Assembly: GCF_000143415.4 (NCBI RefSeq)
Contig: NW_003314324.1
Span: forward strand, 1 to 64,000
DNA: 64,000 nt
Source of the DNA: Selaginella moellendorffii
Taxonomy: Eukaryota; Plantae; Lycopodiophyta
Reading direction: 5' to 3'
Numbering within the stretch: the stretch's first letter is position 1; each line of letters starts with the position of its first letter. Below the pieces are notes generated by a model, which searched no databases, was not told the origin of the DNA, and saw only the letters and a program-made list of their open reading frames with translations. Of this stretch, positions 38,084 through 49,840 are shown one piece after another. The translations under genes and the position numbers were made by a program.

Positions 38084-39497
38084 ATGGGATCCTCACCAGC
38101 GGTTTCCAATGCCGTGTTCAAGGAGATTTCTCGCAGAGCCGTCCCCATCTCCCTCCACAATCCAGCTCGTGATCTTGCGCCTCTCATCGAACGCATTGCC
38201 AAGGCCAAGGTGGTGATGCTCGGCGAGGCCACGCACGGGACGCGCGAGTTCTACGAGTGGCGTCGCATCATCTCCGAGATCCTCATTGCCAACCACGGCT
38301 TCACCGTCCTCAACATCGAAGGCGACTGGCCACCGTGCCAAGAAGTCAACCGCTTCATCACCAAAAAGGTGAGTTCTTCCGCTAGTGCCGAGGAGCTCCT
38401 TGCAAAGTCATTCAGGCGATGGCCGACTTGGATGTGGGCCAACGACGAGTTCCGGGCGATGGTGGAGTGGATGAAGGAGTTCAACAGCACCCGACTGGAC
38501 CGTGAGTCTCAGGTTCGTCTCTTCGGTCTGGATGTCTACTCGCTATTCGACTCCATCGCGATTGTTCTGGACGAAGTGGCCAAGATTGACCCCGCTCTAG
38601 CTGAGAAAGCTAAGCATCACTACGCATGTTTCGATCCCTTCGAGGCAAACGAGGAAGAGTACCTGCAGTCCTTGGTGGAGTTCCCAGAGGGATGCCAGGC
38701 CGAAGCTCTCAGAGTTCTCAAGGATCTTCTGAAGAAGAGGATCAACGAAGAGACGGCAGCAGCGGATGGCGATGTCGTGTTTGATGCGCAACAAAACGCC
38801 AGGATCGTCCGGAACAACGAGAGTTACTATCGGGCAATGGTGTATGGAAATGAGGACTCGTGGAACGTCTGCGAGAGCCACATGATGGAGACACTGGACC
38901 TGCTGCTGAAGACGAGGCCTCACAACAAGCTCATTGTCTGGGCTCACAACACCCACATCGGAGACTACTGCGCCACCAACATGCGTAAGATGGGCCAGGT
39001 ACTCGAGTTCTTTTTCTTCTCGTCACCTTTCAGCTTCCGACTTCCAGGTGAACATCGGCGGCCTGGTTCGTGAGAAATACGGTGAAAGTCAGGTAGCACT
39101 CGTAGGATTCGGTACCTTTAAAGGCTCGGTCATTGCTTCGTCCAAGTGGGCTGGTCCCATCCTGCAACTTCATGTTCCGGAGGGCCGAGATGGCAGCTAC
39201 GAGATGATAATCTGCGAGGCGGCTCAGCAGGAGAAAATTCCCGGCGACGCTTTCTACCTCCTGCTTGACGATTCGGAGGCAAGAAAAGTCCAGCACTGTC
39301 TATCAGAATGGAGAGGCCAGAGGGCCATAGGCGTGGTATATGATCCAAAGAAAGAAAAGTGGGGAAATTATGTACCAACAATGTTGGCAAAGAGGTACGA
39401 TGCTTTCATCTATATTCACGAGACCAAGGCGTTGAGGCCCCTTGGTGTGACGCCTGACCTTCACGTGCTTCCTGAAACTTATCCGAGTGGTCAGTAG
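38084..39497 (+). CDS. Erythromycin-esterase family (EreA/EreB/YbfO-like) protein, ~454 aa; exons 38084-38998, 39048-39497
   Basis: VVMLGEATHGTREFY, IEGDWP, F.RWPTWMWAN, FGLDVYSL, VWAHNTHIGD, RAIGVVY.P..E..GNY, YDAFI...ET.AL.PL and PETYPSG. A 49-nt GT-AG intron restores the frame. Confidence 0.93.
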
Positions 39498-39641
39498 AAT
39501 GAGAATTCTGAAAAAACGCAAAACAGGAGTGTGTGTATTTAACAAAAGCTTGTCTTCGAGGTTTTTCCATACCGTGAAATGGAGTTCTCTCTTTTTTTGC
39601 TACACATACCCATGTCAGTTTCTATGCTTTTCTCTACTTTC

Positions 39642-40442
39642 TTATGCACTTCGCCTCTGTCTAATAAGACCAGGGATCTGCCAAGCTCTGGTTAATAAAT
39701 GGTTTTCATCGGAAAAAGGCTTACATCAATACCGTGCGCACCGATGCGGTTTCGAGCAACAAATGTAAGTACAAGAGACGAAAATTCTTCGGGCACGTCT
39801 TCCTGTTCAAGAATGTTCCAATCAAAAAACTATAGAGCAGAAAACAAAAGAATGTTTTTACCTGTATCGCGTGACCAGTGTGACGGACTACAATCATTTG
39901 AAACTTGCCTTGCATTTGTCCAATGGTAAGGGATCTGAAACAATTATACGTTTGAGTGACATCGAAAGCAACTTCAAACATGCATACTTATCCAAACGGT
40001 CTGTTCCAGCCAGCAAGAGAACTTTTGTGACTGGTGCCGACAGAAAAATATCTGACAAACCTTCATACCTGCAAAGTAAAATAATCTCCTCAAAAATGGA
40101 AACAATGTTTGTGCAAAAATGCAAATACCAGCCTCTCCAATGTCGTTCACTCTTTTCCAACGGTGTAAGCCACACGTAACTGCAGGCAGAATAGACTGAA
40201 CTGAAGCAAAAAGAAAAAGCAAAAAAATAAATAAAAAATGAAACTGACCATTTTCTTTCTTCATTGTATTTCAATGTTGGGGGGATCGAGACTCGAGCTG
40301 AGTCGATGTTCCTAAGCAAACCTCCTTTCACATTCCATTCTATCTGAACAAGCAAGTAAGGTATAATTTTACACTGGCCTTTTAGCTTACAGCTTTTTCA
40401 ACACTAGGAAATGCTGGCGGACGGTTGGACAATAGTTTTTGC
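39642..40442 (-). pseudogene. PME-1: 3' half of protein phosphatase methylesterase 1 (PME-1), 5'-truncated
   Basis: Exons 40391-40442, 40249-40343, 40129-40179, 39988-40068, 39862-39934, 39725-39802 and 39642-39677 splice to QKLLSNRPPAFPSVEKAIEW...RNIDSARVSIP...[51 protein letters not shown]...RNRIGAHGIDIPG. The N-terminal half is absent. Confidence 0.9.
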
Positions 40443-40453
40443 TATTGTCCAAC

Positions 40454-42881
40454 AGCTGTCCGGTGCATTCTCCAGTCCAAGATGCGGACATTCGTCGGTA
40501 TCTTCTTCTTAGCCATTATCTCATGGATCTCCCGCATTTCCTTGCCTTTCAACTGAGCCTTCACCTCGTTCAAAGCCTTCTAGAACTTGTGATAGGATTC
40601 GGAGTCGTAGATCATATAGTGGACTGAAGATTCCACCTCCGCAAGTCCCACCATTAAGTCAATGATGGAGCTGACTTCGTCTGCATGAGTGATTTCCTCG
40701 TTTGTGAAGTCCATCACACAAAAGATGTTCTTGACCTGCTCATCTCCGCGGGAAACGATGCTCCTCCACCTTTGATCCTCATCCGAATTCACGTATACCC
40801 GGTAAGGTTCTCGATAGGCCTCTGCTGCGGGGTTGAGCTGTTTCTGAAGCCGGCGGTCGACATCCCTCTTAATGAAATTTGGATACTGATCCAACTTCTC
40901 AGCTTTACTTTTCGTGGCATCCCATAGCAGATCGATGAACTTGGGGGCCCCCTTCACGTACTCGTCGATGTCTTCATTTGACAACTCCAGCGCTTCCATC
41001 ATCTCTTGCGTGGTGTCGATGCTCACCCTCTCCACGGCCACTTGCTCGAAGATCCAATCCTTCAATAGCGCACGAGCTCTCAGAGTCGTGCACAAGTCCT
41101 CGTATGTCACAATATGGCCGGGAGTCATTTTGGTCTTGTTGAAGACTACCTCACCACATAGAAGAGCATTAGCCACTGTCAGAAGGTCGTCATCGTCTAG
41201 AGACCGCGAGAAATGCAAAGCGTTGAGCTTCAAATCATTGGGCTTCCGACCGTCCTCCACACCCATTGAGTTTAGCAACTCCCCGTCATGGTACCTCCTC
41301 AGCACATCTACCCATTTGTCAAAAACAACTTTTGTCGCGAGTAGAATGTTATGGATGCTGAGTGTGTCATTGACCCTCAGTGTTTTCGAGAGAAGACTCG
41401 AGAATTCCTGCAATGGAAATGGCGTGAGGCCACATGCTATGCCACATGCAACGAGGCTTACCTGCCAGGCGCTAGTTGCTAGTGCACATCCTTGTCCTGG
41501 TTCTTGTGGCTTCTTCAGTTGAACCCAGAGCTTCCGTGTTCGTGCCAATGTCTCGTGCAAACCCGATTTGTAGCATGTTTCTTGCTTGACATTCTGCGCG
41601 TGGGAGATGTATATGATAGATCGGAGGGGCGAGTTGCCTTTTATCAGGCGGACAACTCTTGTCTTGAAGACTTTCTTCACCTCCTCGCCCACCATAATAT
41701 CCACAACTATCTCTTGCATCGCCAAGCTAGAATGCTGCCCGGAGACGCATAGAACCGGATGTTCTGATCGTCCAACACCTTCCTATTGATCAAGTCTGGA
41801 AACCTCGTCTCGCCCTTCATTGTTCGGTAGTAGGGGATCACGTCTGCGATGTCGGGTGTTACTGGACTTGCCAACATCTTCTGCTTCAGTTTCTCCACCC
41901 ACTCATCAGATACTAGCCTGTGGTTGTATTTGCTTTAGATGTCGATACGGCTCACGTCGATTGTATATACTTTGTTGGAATAGTAACAAGTACTATTATC
42001 TGCGACGATTTTTGCTGCCTCTTCTTGCTCTTTCTGCTCTTTGCGGCTCTTCTTTTTGGTGGGTGTAGTGTTCGAACCCGAGGCAATGGCATCACCGAGT
42101 AGCTTCATTTTTGGAGCAGGAGAGTCGGACGTCGGCTTGAGCTTGACCACCCTTTTCTGCTTCGGGGTAGTTTCCAGATCAACCCCCTTCCCCTTCGCTT
42201 TGCGAACTGGAGGCACTCTCAACGGCTCAATGTTGGAATATAGTTTTTGAACATTGCCGTAGGTGAGGTCCGTGGATTCCATGTGATCTTCATAGACCCG
42301 CAACATCTTTGAAATTGTGGGCCTCCTGGACGACATCTCCCTAGCTCCCTCTAGGAATTCCTCATAGCCGTTGCCCCCCTCCGGGAAGCCGCTAGGATGT
42401 GCAAGGTGGATCTTGAAGGTGGACGCTGTCTCTACCACAAGTGCTAGTCCATATTCTTGCATGGAATTGCAATGAGTGTCTGTCACTTGGATGAGGATCC
42501 CCATGCATTCTTTTCTCCCACCATCTGTGTTGTATAGCCTTAGATCCTCGCCTTCCATCCCAAAAGTCCAACTGATGAGCTCCTCCCCCTTCTCTGCATC
42601 CACATTGACAGTGGCTGGAAGAAGAACGCAATTCCTCACCTGTTTAGAAATGCACAATAATTAGAGCTGACAGATGAAAAGTTAGCAGCTGGAAATAACG
42701 TGAGGCCACACGCCATTCACCACTGCATCAGATGTCTTGAGGCTGCATCCTAAGATGGCGTGAGACTACACGCCATCTGTAACCGGACTGCACTCGAGAG
42801 CCCAATCGGTGCATGCCAATGTTGCTACTGAATGGCATGTGGCCTCATGCCATTTTCTACTTGGCCTAAAAGACTTACCAT
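40454..42881 (-). pseudogene. Transposon-associated gene with a ParB/Srx-like domain (two premature stops, one frameshift, 3'-truncated)
   Basis: ATG 42881 with intron 42640-42878. ORF pieces 41935-42657, 41707-41898 and 40580-41725 join to TIDVSRIDI*SKYNHRLVSDEWVEKLKQKM...RFYA(fs)SGQHSSLAM...IIYISHAQN. Probable in-frame 54-nt intron 41408-41461. Confidence 0.6.
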
Positions 42882-42999
42882 TTGAAGCCGAATGGAGGCG
42901 TGACAATCGAGGCCGGACTCGTTGGCGAATGTGCACTGTGTGTGCAGCGGATCTTAGCAGCAAGGCTACTCTACCACTTACAGTTGGAGAGTGGCGCTA

Positions 43000-43900
43000 A
43001 AATCTCCCGGGACGCCAAATGGGCTGCGTGTGGGTGGCGAAGTGGGCGGTAGAGTTGGCGGCGAAGTTACAAACTGGGTGTGTCTTGAAGTGGACGCCGA
43101 TGCACACGAGCGCGACGGGGGAAGCCGATGAGAGCATATTCTGCACGGAAGCGCTTTCCCATGCTCCAGCTGTGAGCAGCAGCAAGGAGTCGATCACAGT
43201 CAGGTCTGGAGACAGCCTCCCAGTACTTTGTGGAGTAGAACTCTTTCTCAAGACAGTCACACGGAGGCATCCCGCATACCTGTTTGCAGATAGCAGTGCT
43301 CGATCTTATGTTTTTTTGTCCTCCACGCATCTGCGTTTCTCACACTCTTCTGCAGAAGATAGAAGATAAAGCTTGGGAAGGCGGTGGAAACTGAGTGTTA
43401 CACAAACTGAGGCCTCGATCGATCGCTTCACGTTCTCCTGTGGAAAGTACACCAGTTGGGGTGCCGATACAGGTGTATTCGTCCTCCCAGTGGTAAGAGC
43501 ACCAAACTTCTTCGTATCTAGAAAACATCCATGAGGTAGAGTTTTTTTAGGCTTTGTTACCGTTGAGAAAGGTTGAGAAAAATCCAGTCCTGTAGAAGGA
43601 CCATGCAGTAACCAGAAATGTGTGGGGCAAAGCAAGTTTGGCAAAGCAAGTTTGGCAAAGCAAGTTCAGCGATGCATCCACGGCCAACCAGCTTTGAGGT
43701 AAAGTAACCTCTGTTGTCGCTGAAACTCTTCTAGTAAATGCCTTCTGCAGATACTCAGGCGGAACAAGGCTTCAAGAAAGCCGGGTTCAAGAAGCTCGCG
43801 GTTTCGTAACGCGTAGTGTCCCGGTGGGGATGCCTCTGCAACTGCGGTTTTGAACGATCCAAGCCACAAGGTACCTGTTGATTTTCATTTTGTTACACAA
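43000..43900 (-). pseudogene. Fragmented ORF of unknown function, probably a further gene of the same element
   Basis: Coding-like GC content and collinear minus-strand ORF pieces 43666-43869, 43340-43528 and 43067-43330. Broken by a 14-bp tandem triplication (GGCAAAGCAAGTTT) at ~43626-43665. Confidence 0.4.
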
Positions 43901-44869
43901 AGGGAGAAGGAGGTGGTATCAGTCTTGCCTTTCAGAGACCTGACGCACCATTCATTCGTGCACGAGGTCGAGGGCATCCATTGCGGTTCATACGGAACTG
44001 GGGAGCGTCTGCTCGGCTTGATCGGGACAGGGAGCAGAAGCAGTGGTTTTTTATGTTGATTACCATCGCGAGCAACAACAACTGCACAGAAAGAACCCAA
44101 CAACAAAGACACGATGCAAAGAGGAACAGGCCGACTCTTTTAGCCGCGATTCAAAATTCGAATTGCCCGCACTCATGGTTTAAAGGCCAGGGATCGTAAG
44201 ACCAGAATCTATGCAGATTCAGTAGTCGGTAATTAAACTTTGGGGACCTCTCAAGATTTGAAACAAACATCATTGCCATTAACACACTATTCCCACTAAT
44301 GCAAAGACATTGAACAATCCGAGTTAACCTCCTATTTAGGTCTGGGGTAGAGTACGCAGCTTAAGCGCAGCACCGGCGTTACACCCCCAGAAGCCGGTGT
44401 CCCTACAGTCACTGTTAACAGTTAAATACTTCACTTTCTGCAAAGTATTCTTCAAAAGATGCTCCATATGTTCCGTAACTAAGAAAGAATCATAATAAAT
44501 TAGACTGCTTCTTTGCTGTTGTTTTCCTCCACCTCCATTTTAGACTGCTTTGGCATTAACCTGAACTTACACCAACAACATGTTTTTCTCTATTTATAAC
44601 TCTTTTTTATGATTTAGGGTGTTTAAATTATAAATGGTGTAAACACAATATAATGTACTAACCAGAAGTTAGTGAGATTGAATCAAAAATGTATATTAGA
44701 GGTATATGCTTGTATCTACCAGTATATATTTAAAATATTCACTTGCCTATAGGAAAATCAAAAACATTACATTGTGAGTGTATGAAATATGGAAATGGAA
44801 TATATAAATGTGCATATCAATAAGCTTAAAAACTTTAATTTACATCATCCTCTCCACTCAAAATGATGG

Positions 44870-47700
44870 AAAATAGTTAGAGTTTTCTAGTGGATGAACT
44901 GGGATGTAAAGGAACATCAGGAGGAGGCATCTGTGGATTTATAGGTGGTGCCAATTATTCCTATTCTCTATATACAAAGTGTTTCAGTTGTTGCACATGC
45001 ACAATTTCTGGAAGATTGACTTGTTAGATGTCATGCCAAACCTCATAAACTTGCAATCCAACTTGCTGCAACACTTGATATGATCCTTTCCACTAAACAA
45101 GGAGCCCTTTAGATAAACCATATACTATAAGATTGAGAAATAAATTAATATTAAGTCATCCACTTTGCACTCTATAGTTGAATGATGATAGGAGTTATAA
45201 TGTCATTGTTGTCCCACTTGTATACAACCCAAGTGTTCGGTAAATTTTGTTTGGAACAATGAAAGAATGCTTATCAACTAATAATCCCAAGACTTAGCAT
45301 CAGCAACTTATGGCAATCTTGAAGGTAAATTCAATTATGTTAGTAATATGTCTATATGGTGAAGCATCAATAAAACTTTGCACCCTTATAATATATACAT
45401 ATAGAAAATATGACAAATAACCATCCAAATCCAAATGCTACAAGTTTGTGTAATCATCCTTTTGAAGGTCTGAACAAGCCATCCTACCAATCCATCTAAT
45501 GTAAATGATAAACACTTGTGAAAGTGTGGTGTATCCTCAATCAAAACATTAAAACATGAATAACCTCAACTATAAATATGGGACCATTATTTGAAAGAAT
45601 TTGGTCTAGACATAAATGTTGAAATACCACTCAATTGAGAAGGAACTATCCAATAGTAATTACAAATGCACTAGTAAGGGCTTTAACTTCCACCTAATGA
45701 ATTAAGTAATCAAAAACAATAATAACATACTCATAGCAAACAATCGACCAAAGAAAAGACCCCATTAGATCAAATGCCACCAACTTAAATGAATGGGAAA
45801 TTATAATTGACTCTAACCGTTCTTCTACAACACAAGGGGGAAGTATTATAAACTTGGCACCAAATGCAACTATGTACATACCAGATAATATCACGTCGCA
45901 TTTTTGGCCAATAGAAAAACTTGTGTAGCTTTTCGATCACATAATGATGTCCTATATGCCCGCCTAAAATAGAAGAATCATGGTAGACATAGAGAAAATG
46001 TGGAATAAAGATCGAAGGCACTATCAGTCATAAATGAACATTAGGATAAAGTCATCCTCAAGGCAATATTGAGAATATAAATGCCACAATTGTAAGTTAT
46101 CAACAAATGTTATAAAATTTTTAAACCTATTGTGAAGCTTTTAGATCTATAGTTTAACCTTTTGAGCCTCACAAACCTCATCAAAAGAAGATAAATCTTG
46201 CTCTGCACATTGTGGACACTGAACATCAAGTACAACAACCACTGAATCTTGGTCCAAAAAATCCATAAATGTTAAAATAACAAGTTTGTCAAAATATAAG
46301 AAGAGAGTGAAGAAGGAAGAGAAGTTCAACAAAAGGTATTAGCATCAATTATAGAACTCCTTGGGTGATAAATAATAAAAACAAATTTAGAAAAGTAAAC
46401 ATTGAATGAATTAGTGTTGAATGAACCCCTTAATAATACTTTTAAAAGAAAAATAGAGGGGTCACTAACTTATTCACGCAAGGACCTTTTGCTACTTATG
46501 CAACTCTTTGTTTCCAGAAAGCATTTTAATGCCTAGACTTTCCACTAGAATAGCACCAATAGAATGTTATTGATGCCAAGTCTTCGAAGACCTAGGAAAT
46601 GGAGGTTGCCAATCCAGAAAACATTAGCAATACCAATAAATGTGACCAACTTCATCACATGCTCAATAGTGGATATTATGGCTACAACTACATTTTCACC
46701 CTTATCTTTGAACTTAGACAATAGCGGGATCAACTTCCATTGGAATAGGACCATCCCTTATAAAAAGTGGAGTTAAAGGATGTGTAACAAAAAGTGGAAG
46801 AGGAAATGTTTTATAATATTACACCAATCAAAAAGCGTCATTAAAGGTGGTTGGAGTAAGTGCATATACAAATCCTATAAAATTTTGACCAAATGTTAGC
46901 CACAACATTCTCAACTTGATCTGCTTTGACATATTTAACTCTGCACAAAATAAAAGGATTCAAAAATGAATGCTAAATTGCATCACTGACTTAGATGGCT
47001 CTTAATAAAAATAATGCAATTGTTAGAAGGTATCATCACAATAATTAGCATATCCAAATGCATGTTTGAAGATGTTTGGGAGAATATTCAAATCCTTATA
47101 AGTACTTGCGCTCAAACCATTGTACCATTGTAGTGCCATCCCTTAGAAACATGTGGGAAACTCATGCAAACATTGTATCATCTTAAGAATGATATGTGGC
47201 AATCATCGTAAAATGATCAAACCAATGATACAATCCCTAGAACTCTTATGGAAGAACTCTAGCTAAATGTGAGGATTGGCACTAAGAGCAAAAGGAGCTA
47301 CTACTCTGCCATTAAGATGAACGAAAAAGAAAAAGCAAAAAAGAAGAAATTAAAAAAGTTATAAAGATAGAAAGATTTAGATAATGCAAAAGTTAAATCT
47401 AAACTAAAATCCCAAATCGAAACACTCTTTAGAGACAATCAAAGTTGCCCTTTAACTCCACTTGCATGGAATATAGAAATGGTATTAATTAACCTAAAAC
47501 CCTAGTTTATATATAGGAATAAGTGATTGTAACCAATTTAATAGTTATTAAAATCTAACTACACTAATGTTAATATACGGCATCATAGCTATACACTTGG
47601 ACTTTCCTCATAAAATAAGAGATAAAATAAGGGAGAATATGGTATAGAAGGTAGGTTATATTTTTGGGGTTCTATTTTCTTCTCTCCCCTTACAGCATCA
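44870..47700 (-). mobile_element. Old degenerate Ty3/gypsy element (LTR-gag-PR-INT; RT/RH apparently deleted)
   Basis: Integrase Zn finger HDSSILGGHIG...FYWPKMRRDI..YVHSCIWCQ (45785-46021). Homologous to the 20.5 kb and 53.4-56.7 kb copies. Confidence 0.8.
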
Positions 47701-49840
47701 TATAAAAATAAAATAAATTTGTACTAAAATGCAAAAGTGAAATTGTACAAATTTTTTTTATATAATATTAATCTGTTTTGTAAGTACAAAACAGATTAAT
47801 ATTATATAAAACAAAATTGTTGTATAAAACCAAAACTTGTATAATATATTACACAAAGTAGTATCATACAATATAGAACTTATCATTGGCATTATAACAA
47901 AGAGATTTGAGATTACATTTAAGTAAAAGCAGTTTGAAGTGTGAGTTGTCAAACAAGAGTGTTGTTTTAATCACTTTTGATGCTGACTTGTGCTTCATTT
48001 GCCAAAGGTGAAGAGGGTAAAGATTACAATCAAAACTACTTATTTGCCTTTGTTTTTTCATGTAAGTTTACTTTTGGTATGTTCTACCTTGGTATGCATT
48101 GCAGCCAAAGTGAAGTGTATATACTGCTTTTACAATACAAAAAAAGATTCATACTAGCATTCGGTGCTGCCATGGCATCTGTCCCACAATTGCAATCTAA
48201 AAATGGTCACTCCCAAAAAAAAGATCACCAAGTTTCCAGCTTGTAGAATCAGATAGAAAAGAATTCAATCACTACACAACTTAATATATTCAACATCTTA
48301 TTTGTTTTGTTCATGATAATAATTTTCAAAAACATGCTCCTTGAATATAAGATAGCTTGTTACCTATTGTAATATAAGATCTTCAAGCCATGTTGTATTT
48401 CATAATAAGCCATGCTATGCAACTGTCACCTTAAAACAACAGAGCTGCACAATTGCCTTCAATGACAGATCACCTGTACAAACTCCTGAACAAGGATTAT
48501 CTCCTCTTCTTCATCTGAAAAATCACCTATGTTCAACATTGTCTTCTGAAAAGTCTACATCATCTTTTTCTTACAGCTGAGCATACTCTAATTATGCCTC
48601 TGCATCTTTAGAAACTATTTTTGCACCAGCATCTGTATCCTCAGAAATTATTGCTACACTTAGCTCCTTTCTATTCAAATGAATAAATTACGCACCCTAT
48701 GCACCAACAGTACGAGACAAGAAACCACCTCTTGTCAAGTGTTTATGATACCCACTAATTGTGAAGGAGATTCCTACACTTACATGGCAATTGTCAAACC
48801 TTTTGGTAGAGGACCTTCAACTTTCAACCTAGCAAGTAACTCTTAGTGATTCTTGACTGTATTCTTCGCCACAACACAGCTATGGGACACTTATCAATGC
48901 AAATAGGACAGTGATAAAAAGACTTGCTATGCTCTCACTCTCAAGCCCAACTAATCAATCAAAGTTTCTTTACCTGAAGTACTCATAGTACCACAATATA
49001 GTCTTCATAAAATAGCATTCCCTTCCACCAATATATGCTGATAAAAAAACATAATGTAAGAAGACATGGTTAAATGAACATGTAATTAGTTTATCAAAAA
49101 GATGATATGAAAAAAGACATAGTTAAATGAACTCATAGTTAGTTTATAGAAAATATGACATGAAAGCTTACAAAGAAGCATGATGTCTTCTGGTATGATT
49201 TTTGCAAACACATAGACAAAATACATAGTCCACAGTCCCGACCATGACTTTTCAACATTGTCTTTTTGTGTTGTGTAGGACAACAATAGCATCACAATTC
49301 TTATCATTGTCCACTAGCTAAATACAAGCTGGATGATCTAATGTTGGTTTTTTTCCAAGCTTATGGTACAAGGCTCTCAAAAGGACTGTTGGTTCAACAT
49401 GATATTTAGCAAGTTGATCCTTTGAAAATTGTGCATGTAATGTGATTGTGTGTTATAAAGTCAAGAACACATAGCACTGCCCATAGATTCAAGATTCACT
49501 AATGCCTCCTCTTGATGTCCCTCCAAAATGGGCCTATCTACTAAAGAATTTTAATTACCTTCCATTCTTTTGAGAAAAACAGATAATGTAAAGTCTAAAT
49601 GTATAATTATCATATATTATAATTAGTATAATGAAATTTCAGTAATGGTTCCAATCTGGGCTGTTTTTGTATATTGAGCTTTTACAAAATTAGCATTCAA
49701 ACAAAAAATCTAACCAAGTTCGAAAATCAAATCAGTCAAATTTGCTTTCAAACAAAAACTCAAATTGATCTCAGAAATGATTTAATTCAACCTAGGGCAG
49801 ATTTAGCGTTCTTATCGAGTTTGTGCGGCACTTGGGTATC

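Larger units (their letters stand above)
22182..42853. repeat. Dispersed 22-bp palindrome ATGGCRTGNGGCCNCAYGCCAT, about 20 copies
   Basis: Copies start near 22182, 22498, 22587, 23107, 23187, 23347, 23493, 32094, 32151, 34087, 34157, 34193, 34864, 34936, 35786, 35865, 41419, 42695, 42755 and 42832. Example at 42832: ATGGCATGTGGCCTCATGCCAT. Some copies are quite degenerate. Confidence 0.9.

Noticed and set aside
21960-44410. Terminal inverted repeats/TSD for the Sola-like element
   Set aside because: Compared candidate ends near 22.0, 36.9, 37.3 and 44.4 kb by eye and found no convincing inverted match.
44372-44410. CACCGGC...GCCGGTG hairpin as a Helitron 3' end
   Set aside because: The loop is long, no CTRR terminus follows and no Rep/helicase is seen.
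48400-49520. Possible decayed gene or Ulp1-like (DCG) remnant
   Set aside because: Many stops and only a 3-residue motif, which is insufficient.
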